The notes beneath the pieces were generated by a model that was not told the DNA's origin, made no database searches, and worked only from the letters and a program-made list of their open reading frames with translations. Positions 27,294 through 37,656 of a DNA stretch of 64,000 nucleotides are shown here, piece by piece. How positions within the stretch are numbered: position 1 is the first letter of the stretch; every line of letters starts with the position of its first letter. The stretch is taken from assembly GCA_037444405.1 (NCBI GenBank), contig JBBIML010000013.1, positions 32,001-96,000 on the forward strand. The letters run 5' to 3'. This DNA comes from Armatimonadota bacterium (GTDB lineage Bacteria; Armatimonadota; Fimbriimonadia; Fimbriimonadales; GBS-DC). The translations under genes and the position numbers were made by a program.

Positions 27294-28415
27294 ATGAGAC
27301 GACAGATTCATGGCTTGCTGGCACTATTGGCAATAATAGCAACAATAAATTCGTCTGGTCAGGGCAATGGACAAATTTCTTCCGTACAGCCATTGCCCAC
27401 TCCCAAGGCGACGCCTCGAACCACCGAGCGCGAATCCGCAACGAACGGCTCTCGTGAAGCTCCTAAGCATCAGCACTACTATGATCAACGCGAACGCGTA
27501 TCCTCCAACCTGACTTTCGAATGGCTGGCTGAATCGAACATCGTCTACCTCAAGGAGGATGGGAGCAAATTGACGCTTTCAGATCTTCAAGATATTTATA
27601 AGATTAGCCGCACCCCTATGCTTACTCGAATCGATCTGACCATGGAAGCTCCGTTGATTACCAGCGATGGTGTACGCAAGTCAGATCTACTTTTTCAATC
27701 AACTGTATACTATTTTGGTCAAACAGGAGAAATTGTTCTGAATGCGAATCGTGATACTAAAGGAACGGTGACTTCTGCCTCGATCTTTCAGCCTGGGGCA
27801 AACGGTTTCGGTTTACCCAACCTCTATTTGCCCGGCTTATCAATGGGAGGTCTTATCTTTCTTGCAGGCATTTCTCCAATGCGCCTGATGGATGCTCCGC
27901 TTTCCAGCTGGCAGATTAGTGAGGTTAACGAGAACGAATGGGTTCTTGAACTCTCTGCGGAAAAGCAAAAGCAGCCCGTCCAGACAGGGTTACTCCGCTT
28001 CGACCGCATAGAGGTTCACCTCAGTCGCCGTCATGGCGATGCTCCTGCCCGATTGGAAATCTCGTTAGGTGGCGTCGTCTACAGATGGAAAACACTGGAG
28101 TACACCCAGAGACAGGGTGTCTGGATGCCTCAAAAAGTGCTTCTGGAGTTCAAGTCAGGCGAGCGTGAAATTCAGACTCTATATTATCTGAACGCTGTTC
28201 ACAGAACGGCGGGAGTCGCTGTGGACATCCCGCGAGGAACCCCTGTACTGGATTGGCGCTGGCGGGGGCGAACTGCCTGGGCTGAAGGTTTCAATTCTAT
28301 AAGTATAAATTTAAACAAACGCAATTCTTCTGATGTCCTGAATACCTTCACACCAATCGATTGGACTCCTGCGTTAGAACAAGAGCTCTGGCGATCTGTC
28401 CAGCGTTCCCAGTGA
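27294..28415 (+). CDS. Hypothetical secreted protein
   Basis: AGGAGG RBS; signal peptide; long stop-free frame in lower-GC DNA; beta-rich, G.W.P.KV motif. Confidence 0.75.
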   Translation: MRRQIHGLLALLAIIATINSSGQGNGQISSVQPLPTPKATPRTTERESATNGSREAPKHQHYYDQRERVSSNLTFEWLAESNIVYLKEDGSKLTLSDLQDIYKISRTPMLTRIDLTMEAPLITSDGVRKSDLLFQSTVYYFGQTGEIVLNANRDTKGTVTSASIFQPGANGFGLPNLYLPGLSMGGLIFLAGISPMRLMDAPLSSWQISEVNENEWVLELSAEKQKQPVQTGLLRFDRIEVHLSRRHGDAPARLEISLGGVVYRWKTLEYTQRQGVWMPQKVLLEFKSGEREIQTLYYLNAVHRTAGVAVDIPRGTPVLDWRWRGRTAWAEGFNSISINLNKRNSSDVLNTFTPIDWTPALEQELWRSVQRSQ

Positions 28416-28460
28416 AAGCAGGAAGCCATCCAGCTCTATATTGAAGCCCTGCGCGAGCCG
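28416..28460 (+). pseudogene. HicB-antitoxin-like fragment
   Basis: Reads KQEAIQLYIEALRE, typical of the HicB helix; no start codon or N-terminal part. Confidence 0.5.
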
Positions 28461-28522
28461 GCTTACCAGTGCTTGGGCGGAGATGCTACCGCGCTGCTTG
28501 CGGAAAGGACGACATCCCGAAC

Positions 28523-28849
28523 TTATAGCGGACGCAATCGAGCGCCGCGAGGTGTGATAACTGTGAAGCAACCTAACAATTGCCGTGTCAACGCTTTCTT
28601 TGCATCAGCGGATAAACCAGAGAAGCGCAAAAGAACCACACCCGGAATCTGATAACCATGCGCGAAAACTAAAGCTCCGAAGTCTTTATCATAAGTCACC
28701 AACAGTCTCCCATCATTCTGCGCAAGCTGCAGTACCTGAATGTCCGGCAAACCTGGCTGGTACTCAGCTATCCAAACGACATCGAATCCCAAAGCGCGTA
28801 GCGTCTCAACAATGGAACGATCCACTCCTTCATCAGCAAGAATTTTCAT
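28523..28849 (-). CDS. DUF5615 PIN-like putative toxin
   Basis: MKILADEGV, LR..GFDV, D.QVL..A....RLLVTYDKDFG, GVVLLR. Confidence 0.88.
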   Translation of the reverse strand: MKILADEGVDRSIVETLRALGFDVVWIAEYQPGLPDIQVLQLAQNDGRLLVTYDKDFGALVFAHGYQIPGVVLLRFSGLSADAKKALTRQLLGCFTVITPRGARLRPL

Positions 28850-29088
28850 TTTTCATGAACTTCAAAAGGGATTAACTCTTCATTCTTAATTACATGGAGA
28901 GCATAGCAGATTGCGGCGCGGACGGCGTCAGCGGGGAGAGAAGGGTTCTCTTCCAGAATCTGGGCTTCGGTCTCTCCTGCCGCCAGACGCTCCAGTATCG
29001 ATTCCACCGTGATGCGCGTGCCTTTGATGACGGGTTTGCCACGCATCACTTCTGGACGAATCTCCACTAACTCCAGCAGATTGGTCAT
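28846..29088 (-). CDS. DUF433 antitoxin
   Basis: PEVMRGKPVIKGTRITVESIL..LAAG; ATGA overlap with the PIN gene. Confidence 0.92.
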   Translation of the reverse strand: MTNLLELVEIRPEVMRGKPVIKGTRITVESILERLAAGETEAQILEENPSLPADAVRAAICYALHVIKNEELIPFEVHEK

Positions 29089-29185
29089 CTATCTGCACCA
29101 ATGGAAGGATACCCCATTCATAAGGCGCGATTTGCCCTGTTGACCAGCGGGTATAATCTCTTTCGCTGGCGAGAGAGGCGCACCG

Positions 29186-30595
29186 ATGGCTGGGTCAGAC
29201 AGGGTTGCCGGGATTGTGCTGGCGGCGGGCAAGGGCACGCGCATGAAGTCCGACCTCCCCAAGGCGCTGATGCCGCTGCTGGGTCTGCCGCTGACCGCTC
29301 ATGTGCTGAATGCGCTGAAACAAGCGGGTGTTGACCCCATCGTGGTGGTGGTGGGGCACGGCGCGGAACAGGTGCAATCGGCGCTGGGCGAGGGCTATCT
29401 CTATGCGCTACAGAGCGAGCAGCTCGGCACGGGGCACGCCGCGATGCAGGCGATGCCGCTTATCCCCGACGGCATCACGCGTGTGGTGGTCGCCGCCGGC
29501 GATTCGCCCCTCGTGACGCCGGAGGCAATCTGTGCGCTGGTGGCACACCATCAGCAGGCAGGCGCACAGGCGACCGTCGCGACCGCGCTGCTGGACGACC
29601 CCACAGGCTACGGGCGAATCGTGCGCGATGGGCAGGGGCGCATTCTGGGAATCGTCGAAGAGCGCGACGCCCTGCCCGAACAGAAAGCCATCCGCGAGGT
29701 GTGTACCTCCTTCTACTGCTTCGAAGTGTGCGTGCTGCGCGAGGCGCTGCCCCGCCTGAACAACCTCAACGCGCAGGGCGAGTATTACCTCACCGATGTG
29801 ATTGGCATTATTGCGCAGGGCGGCGGCAGAGTCGAGGCGTGGCAATCGCCTGACCCGACACTGCTGATGGGCGTCAACACGCGCTGGGAGTTGGCGCAGG
29901 CGGCAAACGCCCTGCGCGAGCGTATCCTCAAGCAGCTCTGTCTGGACGGCATCACCATTATCGACCCCGCCACCACCTATATCGACGCCACCGTGCAGAT
30001 CGGGCACGACACCATTATCGAGCCGAACACCTACCTGCGGGGCAACACGCGCATCGGCGCCAGCTGCACGCTGGGTCCCGACCTCTATCTGGAGGACACG
30101 CAGGTGGGCGACGGCTGTCGGCTGTTCCGCTCGCATATTGTGGGCGCCACGATCGAGTCGGATGTGAGCGTGGGACCCTTCGCGCATCTGCGCCCAGGCA
30201 CAGTGCTGAAACGGGGCGCACGAATCGGCGATTTTGTGGAAATTAAGAACACGGTGGTCGGCGAGGAGACAAAGGTGCTCCATCTGACCTATCTGGGCGA
30301 CGCGACGGTGGGACGACGCGCCAACATCGGCGCGGGCACCATCACCTGCAACTTCGACGGCATCCAGAAGCATCGCACGATTATCGGCGATGAGGTGTTC
30401 GTGGGGTCGCATGCGACGCTGATTGCGCCATTGACGATTGGCGACGGCGCCTATATTGCGGCAGCCAGCCCCATCACCGACGATGTGCCGCCCGATGCGC
30501 TCGCCATCGCCCGCTGCTACCAGACCATCAAGGAAGGATGGGCGCGCCGCCGCCGCGAATCGAAACAAACGGGAGGCAAAAGCGATGGGAGTTAA
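29186..30595 (+). CDS. glmU: Bifunctional UDP-GlcNAc pyrophosphorylase / GlcN-1-P acetyltransferase
   Basis: LAAGKGTRMKS..PK, QLGTGHA, NAQGEYYLTD, GPFAHLRP, NIGAGTITCN. Confidence 0.96.
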   Translation: MAGSDRVAGIVLAAGKGTRMKSDLPKALMPLLGLPLTAHVLNALKQAGVDPIVVVVGHGAEQVQSALGEGYLYALQSEQLGTGHAAMQAMPLIPDGITRVVVAAGDSPLVTPEAICALVAHHQQAGAQATVATALLDDPTGYGRIVRDGQGRILGIVEERDALPEQKAIREVCTSFYCFEVCVLREALPRLNNLNAQGEYYLTDVIGIIAQGGGRVEAWQSPDPTLLMGVNTRWELAQAANALRERILKQLCLDGITIIDPATTYIDATVQIGHDTIIEPNTYLRGNTRIGASCTLGPDLYLEDTQVGDGCRLFRSHIVGATIESDVSVGPFAHLRPGTVLKRGARIGDFVEIKNTVVGEETKVLHLTYLGDATVGRRANIGAGTITCNFDGIQKHRTIIGDEVFVGSHATLIAPLTIGDGAYIAAASPITDDVPPDALAIARCYQTIKEGWARRRRESKQTGGKSDGS

Positions 30596-31547
30596 CGGGC
30601 AGGAAATCCTGCTGTTTGGGGGCAACTCGAACCCTGAGCTGGCAGAGAAGATCGCGGCTTATCTGGGGCGACCGCTGGGGCAGATGATCTGCACGCGCTT
30701 CTCCGACGGCGAGGTGCGCGTGCAGGTGCTGGAAAGCGCGCGCGGGATGGATGTGTTCGTGGTGCAGTCCACCTGCGCCCCCGTCAACGATAACATCATG
30801 GAGCTCCTGATACTGCTGGACGCCTTTCGGCGGGCGTCGGCGCGGCGCATCACCGCTGTGATCCCCTACTATGGCTACGCCCGACAGGACAAGAAGATTA
30901 AACCCCGCGAACCCATCAGCGCACGGCTCGTGGCGGACTTAATCACTGTCGCGGGCGCCACGCGCGTGGTGACCATCGACCTGCACGCCGAGCAGATTCA
31001 GGGCTTCTTCGACATCCCGGTGGACCATCTCTACGCGGGTCCCATCATCGCCGATTACCTTATCAAGGAAGGCTATCGCGACCAGAATATCGTGGTGGTG
31101 TCGCCCGATGTGGCGGGCGTGCCGCGTGCGCGGGCGATGGCGGAAGCGCTGGACGCCCCGCTCGCCATCATCGCCAAGCGCCGCCCCGAACCCAACAAGG
31201 TCGAGGTGATGGAGATTATCGGCGATGTGCAGGGACGGGTCGCCATCATGATCGATGATATGATCGACACGGGCGGCTCGGTGGTGCAGGGCGCGGAGGC
31301 GCTTTTGCGGCGGGGCGCTGAGCGCGTTATCGCCGCCTGCACGCATCCCGTGTTCTCCGGGAACGCCCCACAACGGCTCGCCGAATCGCCCATCGAAAAG
31401 GTCATCTGCACCGACACCATCCCCGCACCGCCACATAAGCAGTTCGACAAACTGGTGCGCCTGTCGGTCGCACCCCTGCTCGGCGAAGCCATCTCGCGCA
31501 TTCACCGCGACGAATCGGTCAGCGAGCTGTTCCAGAACTATCGATGA
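30585..31547 (+). CDS. prs: Ribose-phosphate pyrophosphokinase
   Basis: FSDGE, PYYGYARQD, DLHAEQIQGFF, VVSPD, DDMIDTGG. Confidence 0.96.
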   Translation: MGVNGQEILLFGGNSNPELAEKIAAYLGRPLGQMICTRFSDGEVRVQVLESARGMDVFVVQSTCAPVNDNIMELLILLDAFRRASARRITAVIPYYGYARQDKKIKPREPISARLVADLITVAGATRVVTIDLHAEQIQGFFDIPVDHLYAGPIIADYLIKEGYRDQNIVVVSPDVAGVPRARAMAEALDAPLAIIAKRRPEPNKVEVMEIIGDVQGRVAIMIDDMIDTGGSVVQGAEALLRRGAERVIAACTHPVFSGNAPQRLAESPIEKVICTDTIPAPPHKQFDKLVRLSVAPLLGEAISRIHRDESVSELFQNYR

Positions 31548-32464
31548 AGCACATCGTCTCGGTCAGCCTGGGGTCGTCCAAACGCGATAAGCGCAGCGAG
31601 GTGGAAATCGCGGGCGAGCAGTTTCTCATCGAGCGCATCGGCACGGATGGCGACCTGCGCCGCTTTCAACAGCTGTTCGCGGAGCTGGACGGTAAGGTGG
31701 ACGCGCTCGGCATCGGCGGCGCCGATCTCTACATCTGGGTGGGCGACCGCCGCTATACCTTCCGCTCCATCCAGAAGCTGGTCGCCGTCGCTAAAAAGAC
31801 GCCTGTGGTGGACGGCAGCGGGCTGAAAAACACCTTAGAGCGCGAGGCGGTACGCTGGCTCCAGCAGCAGGGCGTGATCGACTTTTCGCGATGCACGGTG
31901 CTGCTGGTCGCCGCCGTCGATCGGTTCGGCATGGCGCAGGAGCTGGCGCGTCATGCCCGACAGGTGATTTACGGCGACTTCGTGTTCGCAATTGGGTTGC
32001 CCATCCCGATTCGCTCGTATCGCACGGTGGAGTGGCTTGGGCGTATTCTGTTGCCCATCATCACGCGCCTGCCGTTCCAGTGGTTCTACCCGACGGGCGA
32101 GAAGCAGGAGCAGCGCACGCCCCGTGCGCCCCGACTGTTCGAGCAAGCCGATGTGATTGCGGGCGACTGGCACTATATCCGTCGGTATATGCCTGATCGG
32201 CTGCCCGGCAAGCGCGTGATTACCAACACAGTACGCCGCGCCGATGTGGAGCTGTTGCGCGAGGCGGGTGTGGCGCAGCTCATCACCACCACGCCCGTGA
32301 TTGAGGGCGAGACCTTCGCCACGAATGTGATGGAGGGCGTGATTGTCGCGCTCACAGGTCGCCATCCCGACGAGCTGACCCCACAGGACTATCTGGACGC
32401 CCTGCACCGTCTCGGCTGGCAGCCGGGCGTGCTGGATCTCCAGATGGCGGTCGCCTCCGCTTAG
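31544..32464 (+). CDS. Conserved hypothetical protein (family often auto-annotated quinate 5-dehydrogenase)
   Basis: VSVSLGSSKRD, ERIGTDGD, PVVDGSGLKNTLE, YPTGEKQ, TNVMEG; family recalled, function unknown. Confidence 0.75.
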   Translation: MKHIVSVSLGSSKRDKRSEVEIAGEQFLIERIGTDGDLRRFQQLFAELDGKVDALGIGGADLYIWVGDRRYTFRSIQKLVAVAKKTPVVDGSGLKNTLEREAVRWLQQQGVIDFSRCTVLLVAAVDRFGMAQELARHARQVIYGDFVFAIGLPIPIRSYRTVEWLGRILLPIITRLPFQWFYPTGEKQEQRTPRAPRLFEQADVIAGDWHYIRRYMPDRLPGKRVITNTVRRADVELLREAGVAQLITTTPVIEGETFATNVMEGVIVALTGRHPDELTPQDYLDALHRLGWQPGVLDLQMAVASA

Positions 32465-34050
32465 TCGGGCGTTTCTGCACTGCCCCAGCCGCCGCCGCCC
32501 GGCGTGCGAATGGTCAGGATGGTGTTGGGCGGCACTTTGACGGTTCCCTTAATGAGTTCGGTTTCGATGCGTCCGCCGATGAGCAGGCGGTTCTGCCCGC
32601 GCTTGCCCGCTCTGCCGCCCTGCAAGCCATAGGGCGCGTGCCGACGGCGGTCAGTGAACAGCGTGAGCGTGGTCTCGGTCAGAAACTGGAAGGCGCGGAT
32701 GACCCCATCGCCGCCCCGGTGTCGCCCGCGCCCGCCCGTGCGCTCCGCGAGCCGATACTCCAGCACGCGCACGGGGAACGCGCTCTCGATGGCTTCCACC
32801 GGCGTGTTGCGCGTGTTGGTCATATGCACATGGATGCCGCTGGCGCCATCGTTATCGGGGCACGCGCCCGCGCCACCCGCTATCGTCTCATAATAGACAA
32901 AGGGCTGCTGACGAACGGGGTCGTAGCCGCCGAAGAGCAGATTGTTCATCGTGCCCTGCGAGGCAGCAGGGATTCGGTCAGGCAGCGCCTGCGCCAGCGC
33001 GCCCAGCAGCGCATCGACGATGCGCTGGGCGGTCTCCACATTGCCACCCGCGACGGCAGCAGGATAGCGAGCGTTCACGACCGTGCCTTCGGGTGCAATC
33101 ACCCTGACAGGTCGCCAGCAGCCCGCATTCGTGGGCACTTCCATCGGCATTAGACAGCGCACCACATAGTAGCACGCGGAGAGCGTCACCGTTAGCGGCG
33201 CGTTCACACCGCCCACGCACTGGGGCGAACTGCCCGTGAAATCGATCTGGAGGGTGCCCGGCGCATCGGCAGGCACGCTCACCCGCACACCGATGCGAAT
33301 ATCGCGCGTGCCCTGACCATCGTCGTCCAGATAGTCTTCAAACCGATAGTCGCCCGGCGGGATTTCACCCAGCACGGCGCGGGTGATCGACTCGCTGTAG
33401 CCCAGCAGCTGCTCGAATCGGTACAGCCAGCGTTCGAGACCTTCCTGCTCCAGCAGGGTTTTCAGGCGGCGGATGCCGATGCGGTTCGCGCCGATCTGCG
33501 CGTGCAGGTCGCCCCAGCGTTCGTCGGGCGTGCGCACATTCGCCAGCAGCAGTTGCACCACATCGGCCTGCAGCGTGTCGTGGCGCAGCAGGTGGACAGG
33601 CGGGATGCGTAGCCCTTCTTCGAAGATTTCGGTGGCGAGCGGCATGGAGCCAGGCGCGGCGCCGCCTGTGTCGGCATGGTGCGCCCGATTCGCCACGAAG
33701 CCCACACACTGACCCCGCACGAAAACGGGCGCGATCAGCGTCCAGTCGGGCAGATGCGTGCCCGCCTGATAGGGGTCGTTGGTCAGTACCATATCGCCCT
33801 CGCGCCACTCGATGCGGGGCAACAGCCACTCCATCAGCAGCGGCATCGCGCCCAGATGCACGGGGATATGCGCCGCCTGCGCGATCAGCCGTCCCTGCGC
33901 GTCGAACAGCGCACAGGAGTAGTCGCGCCGCTCCTTGATGTTGGGCGAGCATGCCGAATGCTCCAGCACGCGCCCCATCTCTTCAGGTATCGCGCTTAAC
34001 CGCTCGTGATAGAGCCACACCCGCGCCGGGTCAAATCGCGCCGTGTCCAT
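32461..34050 (-). CDS. Hydantoinase B / 5-oxoprolinase beta subunit
   Basis: [57 protein letters not shown]. Confidence 0.93.
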   Translation of the reverse strand: MDTARFDPARVWLYHERLSAIPEEMGRVLEHSACSPNIKERRDYSCALFDAQGRLIAQAAHIPVHLGAMPLLMEWLLPRIEWREGDMVLTNDPYQAGTHLPDWTLIAPVFVRGQCVGFVANRAHHADTGGAAPGSMPLATEIFEEGLRIPPVHLLRHDTLQADVVQLLLANVRTPDERWGDLHAQIGANRIGIRRLKTLLEQEGLERWLYRFEQLLGYSESITRAVLGEIPPGDYRFEDYLDDDGQGTRDIRIGVRVSVPADAPGTLQIDFTGSSPQCVGGVNAPLTVTLSACYYVVRCLMPMEVPTNAGCWRPVRVIAPEGTVVNARYPAAVAGGNVETAQRIVDALLGALAQALPDRIPAASQGTMNNLLFGGYDPVRQQPFVYYETIAGGAGACPDNDGASGIHVHMTNTRNTPVEAIESAFPVRVLEYRLAERTGGRGRHRGGDGVIRAFQFLTETTLTLFTDRRRHAPYGLQGGRAGKRGQNRLLIGGRIETELIKGTVKVPPNTILTIRTPGGGGWGSAETPD

Positions 34051-34062
34051 CGCCCGTTAACC

Positions 34063-34902
34063 TTACCCCACCCCCTTCAGCCACCACCAGACCCACGGCG
34101 CACTGAACAGGAAGCTGTCGAACCGATCCAGAACGCCACCGTGCCCGGGCAGCAGATTACCGAAATCTTTGATGCCGAGGGCGCGTTTGAGCGACGATTC
34201 GAACAGGTCGCCCAGCTGTCCCAGAATGCCGACGCCCGCGCCCACCAGCGCCGCTTTCCACAGGGGCAGGCTGAGCCATGCGCTGCCTGCCAGCCCTATC
34301 AGCAGGCAGCAGGCGAAGTTGGCAATCGCGCCCTCCACGCTCTTGGCGGGGCTGAGCGCCGGCGCGAGCCGATGACGCCCGACGGCACGCCCCACAAAGT
34401 ACGCCATCGAGTCGCCCAGCCAGAGCATCGCCATCAGCCACAGCACGAGCAGCGCGCCCCGCTCCAGCTGCCAGCCGCTGAGCGCGACAGGCACGAAGTC
34501 AGCATGCAGGCGCACCCCGAACGCCATCAGCCAGCCGATATAGAGCGCGGCGAACAGCCCCAGCCCGATATTCGCGCCCACTATCCGCCCCGGATGGCGC
34601 CACGCCAGCGTCAGCTCCCACAGGGCAGCCACACCGAGCGCGATCAGCAGCGTCCGCTCCAGCAGGAGTTCAGCGAAGGCGCGGGTCAGCAAAGGCAGCA
34701 ACGCGCCCCACACCAGCAAGGGCAGGCTTGGCATCAGGCGCGGCGGCTCCCGCACCGCGCTATACGCACGGGCGAACTCCGTCAGCCCTGACGCCGTTAG
34801 CACGCTCATCACCAGCGCGAACAGCCAGCCACCCGGCGCCAGCACCGCCACCAGAAAGAGCGGAATGCCCACCAGCGCGGTCAACACGCGAACTCTCAGC
34901 AT
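34063..34902 (-). CDS. cdsA: Phosphatidate cytidylyltransferase
   Basis: DSMAYFVG, SPAKSVEG, GDLFES.LKR..GIKDFG.LLPGHGGVLDRFDS. Confidence 0.95.
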   Translation of the reverse strand: MLRVRVLTALVGIPLFLVAVLAPGGWLFALVMSVLTASGLTEFARAYSAVREPPRLMPSLPLLVWGALLPLLTRAFAELLLERTLLIALGVAALWELTLAWRHPGRIVGANIGLGLFAALYIGWLMAFGVRLHADFVPVALSGWQLERGALLVLWLMAMLWLGDSMAYFVGRAVGRHRLAPALSPAKSVEGAIANFACCLLIGLAGSAWLSLPLWKAALVGAGVGILGQLGDLFESSLKRALGIKDFGNLLPGHGGVLDRFDSFLFSAPWVWWWLKGVG

Positions 34903-34986
34903 CGCTCCTGCCTGCCATCAGGCAACCCTACTATACACTATCGGGGAGCGGGAAGTCAAGAATCGATGCAGGGTAGACTCTGAACT

Positions 34987-37656
34987 GTGCAGGCGCCGCC
35001 TATTTTGGACAGACTGGCTGCGCAACCGCTGAAGCAGGGCTGGGAACTGCACGCGCCAGCACTGGGCGTGCGGAAAGCAATCGGGGAACCCTGCGTGTGG
35101 GAGGACGCGGGGCTGCCAAAGGCATTTGAGGGACCCGTGGAATACCACCTTGAGTTCGCAATCAAGCCTCGCCCGCATCGTCGCTACTGGCTCCATTTCG
35201 GCGGCGTGAGCTATGAGGTGGAAGGCTGGCTGAACGGGCAACCCATCGGCACCCATCGCGGCATCTGGCACTCGTTCGGCTGGGAGTTAACATCCGCGCT
35301 CACAGAGGGCACGAACCGCCTGCGCCTGCAGGTCATCAAAAACGGCGGGCGACGGTTCCCCGTGCCGCAGGTGCTGAGTGGATTCCTGCCCTATGTCTCC
35401 AGCACCTTCGGGGGCATCTGGCAGCCCGTGCATCTGTTCCACACGGGCGATGCCTGGCTCAGCGACCTCTATGTTCGGGGCGAGGCTGACGGCACGCTCC
35501 GAATCGAGGGGGTTATTGAGGGCGAGGGCGAGCCAGAACTGCGACTGAAGATTTTTGATGGGCGACAACTTCGGCACGAAACCCGCCAGCGAGCGCAGGG
35601 CGCGTTTGAGTATGAAACCCGCCTTGCGGGCATCGTGCCGTGGTCGCCGCAGGAGCCGAAGCTCTATCGCTGTCGGGCAGAGGTGTGGCTCGGTGGCAGG
35701 CTCTCACACCGCGTGGAGCGACACTTCGGCTTTCGCACGCTCTCGGTGGACGGCTGGCGCATTTTGCTCAATGGTCAGCCGTTCTATCCGCGCGGGCTGC
35801 TGCACTGGGGCTGGTATCTGCACACACATGCGCCCGCGCCGCCTCCCGAAACAGTTAGGCGCGAGTTGGAACACCTGCGCGAGCTGGGCTTCAATATGCT
35901 CAAGGCATGCCTGTGGGTGCCGCCACGCGACTATCTGGAGCTGTGCGACCGAATGGGCGTCGCGCTCTGGCTGGAACTGCCTCTCTGGCTGCCGCAGATG
36001 AACAGCGAGCAAATCGAGCAGGTCAAACGCGAGTACGAGGCGATTGTGCGGCAGGTGCGCTCGCATCCTTCGATCCTCATCTGGACACTGGGCTGCGAGC
36101 TATCCGATCGATTCCCGTCCGACGCGCTGGGCGAGCTGTACGCGCTGGTCAAGCGGCTCACGGGCAGCCCGCTGGTGCGCGATAATAGTGGGGGTGGCGA
36201 GTGCTACGGCGGCGCATTGCGCGAGTATGCCGACTTCGCCGATTATCATCTTTACACCGACCTGCCCTTCGTGCGTACAACTTTTCGCGATTTTCTTGAA
36301 CGCATTCGCCCGCCCACGCCGTGGCTGCAGGGCGAGTTTTGCGACCACGACACGCTGCGCGATTTCGCAAGCCTGCGCGAGCGCACCGAGCCACGCCATC
36401 TCTGGTGGCTGGAACGCGACCCGCAGGTCAACCCGCAGGGCGTGCGCTGGTTCTACGAGACGCCGTTCGTCGAGGAGCGACTGCAGCGGAAGGGATTAAC
36501 GCCCTACCTTCGCCAGCTGGTACAGACCTCACGGCAGGAGCTATGGGTGCATCACAAGTTCGTGCTGGAGCGGGTGCGGGCGATGGCAGGCACTTCGGGC
36601 TACATCGTGACGGGGCTGAAAGATACGCCGATTGCCACCGCTGGTTTGCTCGATGAGCATGGCGAGCCGAAGGTTCTCCCTGACTATCGCATGTTCAACG
36701 ACGACACGGTGTTGCTGCTGGATTGGCATCGGCGGCGGGTGTGGCAGGCGGGCGGCGACCGCCCTGCGAACCCTGACCCGTTCAATCACTTCGGCGGGCA
36801 GACGCTCTACCCGACGCTGGCGGTCTCCCATTTCGGGGCGCCCATCGCCGACGCCGAACTGCGCTGGCGCGTGTGCTGCGGCAGAATGCGCAGATCGGGC
36901 ACTGTGAAGCCGATTCAGCTGCAGGGCGGCACAGTGAGCGCGCTGACGATGCTGGAGCTGCCCGTGCCCGAAGTCAAAACGCCGCGCGCGCTGACCCTGG
37001 AAGCCGAGCTGGTCGCAGGTGGGCGGCGGATAGCATTCAACCGCTGGAATCTGTGGCTCTATCCGCGCCCCGACTGGCAGCAGATGGTGCAGCGATGCGT
37101 CCTGTACGACCCTGATGGGAGCCTGATTGACCTGCCTGTCGTCGATGAGGTGTTCCTGCCCCTTGCGCGCGTGAACTGGTTCCGTGAACGCCTGTTGCTG
37201 GCGACGCGCTGGGCAGACTGGTTGCGGGCTTACCTGAATCATGGCGGGCGTGTCCTGCTCATCCTCACCGATGGCGCGTCGCTAACGCAGGAGCGGCTCC
37301 CCTTCTGGCGCGAATCGGTTCACCTGTTCTATCCTCATCCGCTCTGGAAGCGTCTGGGAGCTATCCAGCATGCGGACGAGCGGCTGTTCGCCTTCAGCAC
37401 GGATCGCGCCCTGCGGCGGGAGTGGTCGCAGATAGACCCCTACGCTGTGTGGGAATCGATCTGGCAACGGGTGGACGCCCGCACGGGCTATTTAACCGAT
37501 TATCTGGCGGAGGTTCGTCTGGATAAGGGGCGCATGCTCGTCACCACTCTGCACTTTGCGGGCTGGCTGGGCGACACGCCAGTCAGCCTGCGCTATCACC
37601 CTGCAGGGCAATACTGGCTCGCGCAGATGCTGCGCTACCTGCGGAGCTCCAGATAG
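34987..37656 (+). CDS. Glycoside hydrolase family 2-like protein
   Basis: LHFGGV, GGIWQPV, WSP.EP.LY, FGFR, CDRMG, HPSILIW.LGCE. Confidence 0.85.
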   Translation: MQAPPILDRLAAQPLKQGWELHAPALGVRKAIGEPCVWEDAGLPKAFEGPVEYHLEFAIKPRPHRRYWLHFGGVSYEVEGWLNGQPIGTHRGIWHSFGWELTSALTEGTNRLRLQVIKNGGRRFPVPQVLSGFLPYVSSTFGGIWQPVHLFHTGDAWLSDLYVRGEADGTLRIEGVIEGEGEPELRLKIFDGRQLRHETRQRAQGAFEYETRLAGIVPWSPQEPKLYRCRAEVWLGGRLSHRVERHFGFRTLSVDGWRILLNGQPFYPRGLLHWGWYLHTHAPAPPPETVRRELEHLRELGFNMLKACLWVPPRDYLELCDRMGVALWLELPLWLPQMNSEQIEQVKREYEAIVRQVRSHPSILIWTLGCELSDRFPSDALGELYALVKRLTGSPLVRDNSGGGECYGGALREYADFADYHLYTDLPFVRTTFRDFLERIRPPTPWLQGEFCDHDTLRDFASLRERTEPRHLWWLERDPQVNPQGVRWFYETPFVEERLQRKGLTPYLRQLVQTSRQELWVHHKFVLERVRAMAGTSGYIVTGLKDTPIATAGLLDEHGEPKVLPDYRMFNDDTVLLLDWHRRRVWQAGGDRPANPDPFNHFGGQTLYPTLAVSHFGAPIADAELRWRVCCGRMRRSGTVKPIQLQGGTVSALTMLELPVPEVKTPRALTLEAELVAGGRRIAFNRWNLWLYPRPDWQQMVQRCVLYDPDGSLIDLPVVDEVFLPLARVNWFRERLLLATRWADWLRAYLNHGGRVLLILTDGASLTQERLPFWRESVHLFYPHPLWKRLGAIQHADERLFAFSTDRALRREWSQIDPYAVWESIWQRVDARTGYLTDYLAEVRLDKGRMLVTTLHFAGWLGDTPVSLRYHPAGQYWLAQMLRYLRSSR

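Noticed and set aside
28413..28415. TGA read-through (selenocysteine) into the in-frame downstream sequence
   Set aside because: No Cys-like context or evident SECIS; the downstream sequence is better explained as a HicB fragment
32461..34050. Hydantoinase B without an adjacent A subunit
   Set aside because: Split A/B genes are common, so this is uninformative without the rest of the genome
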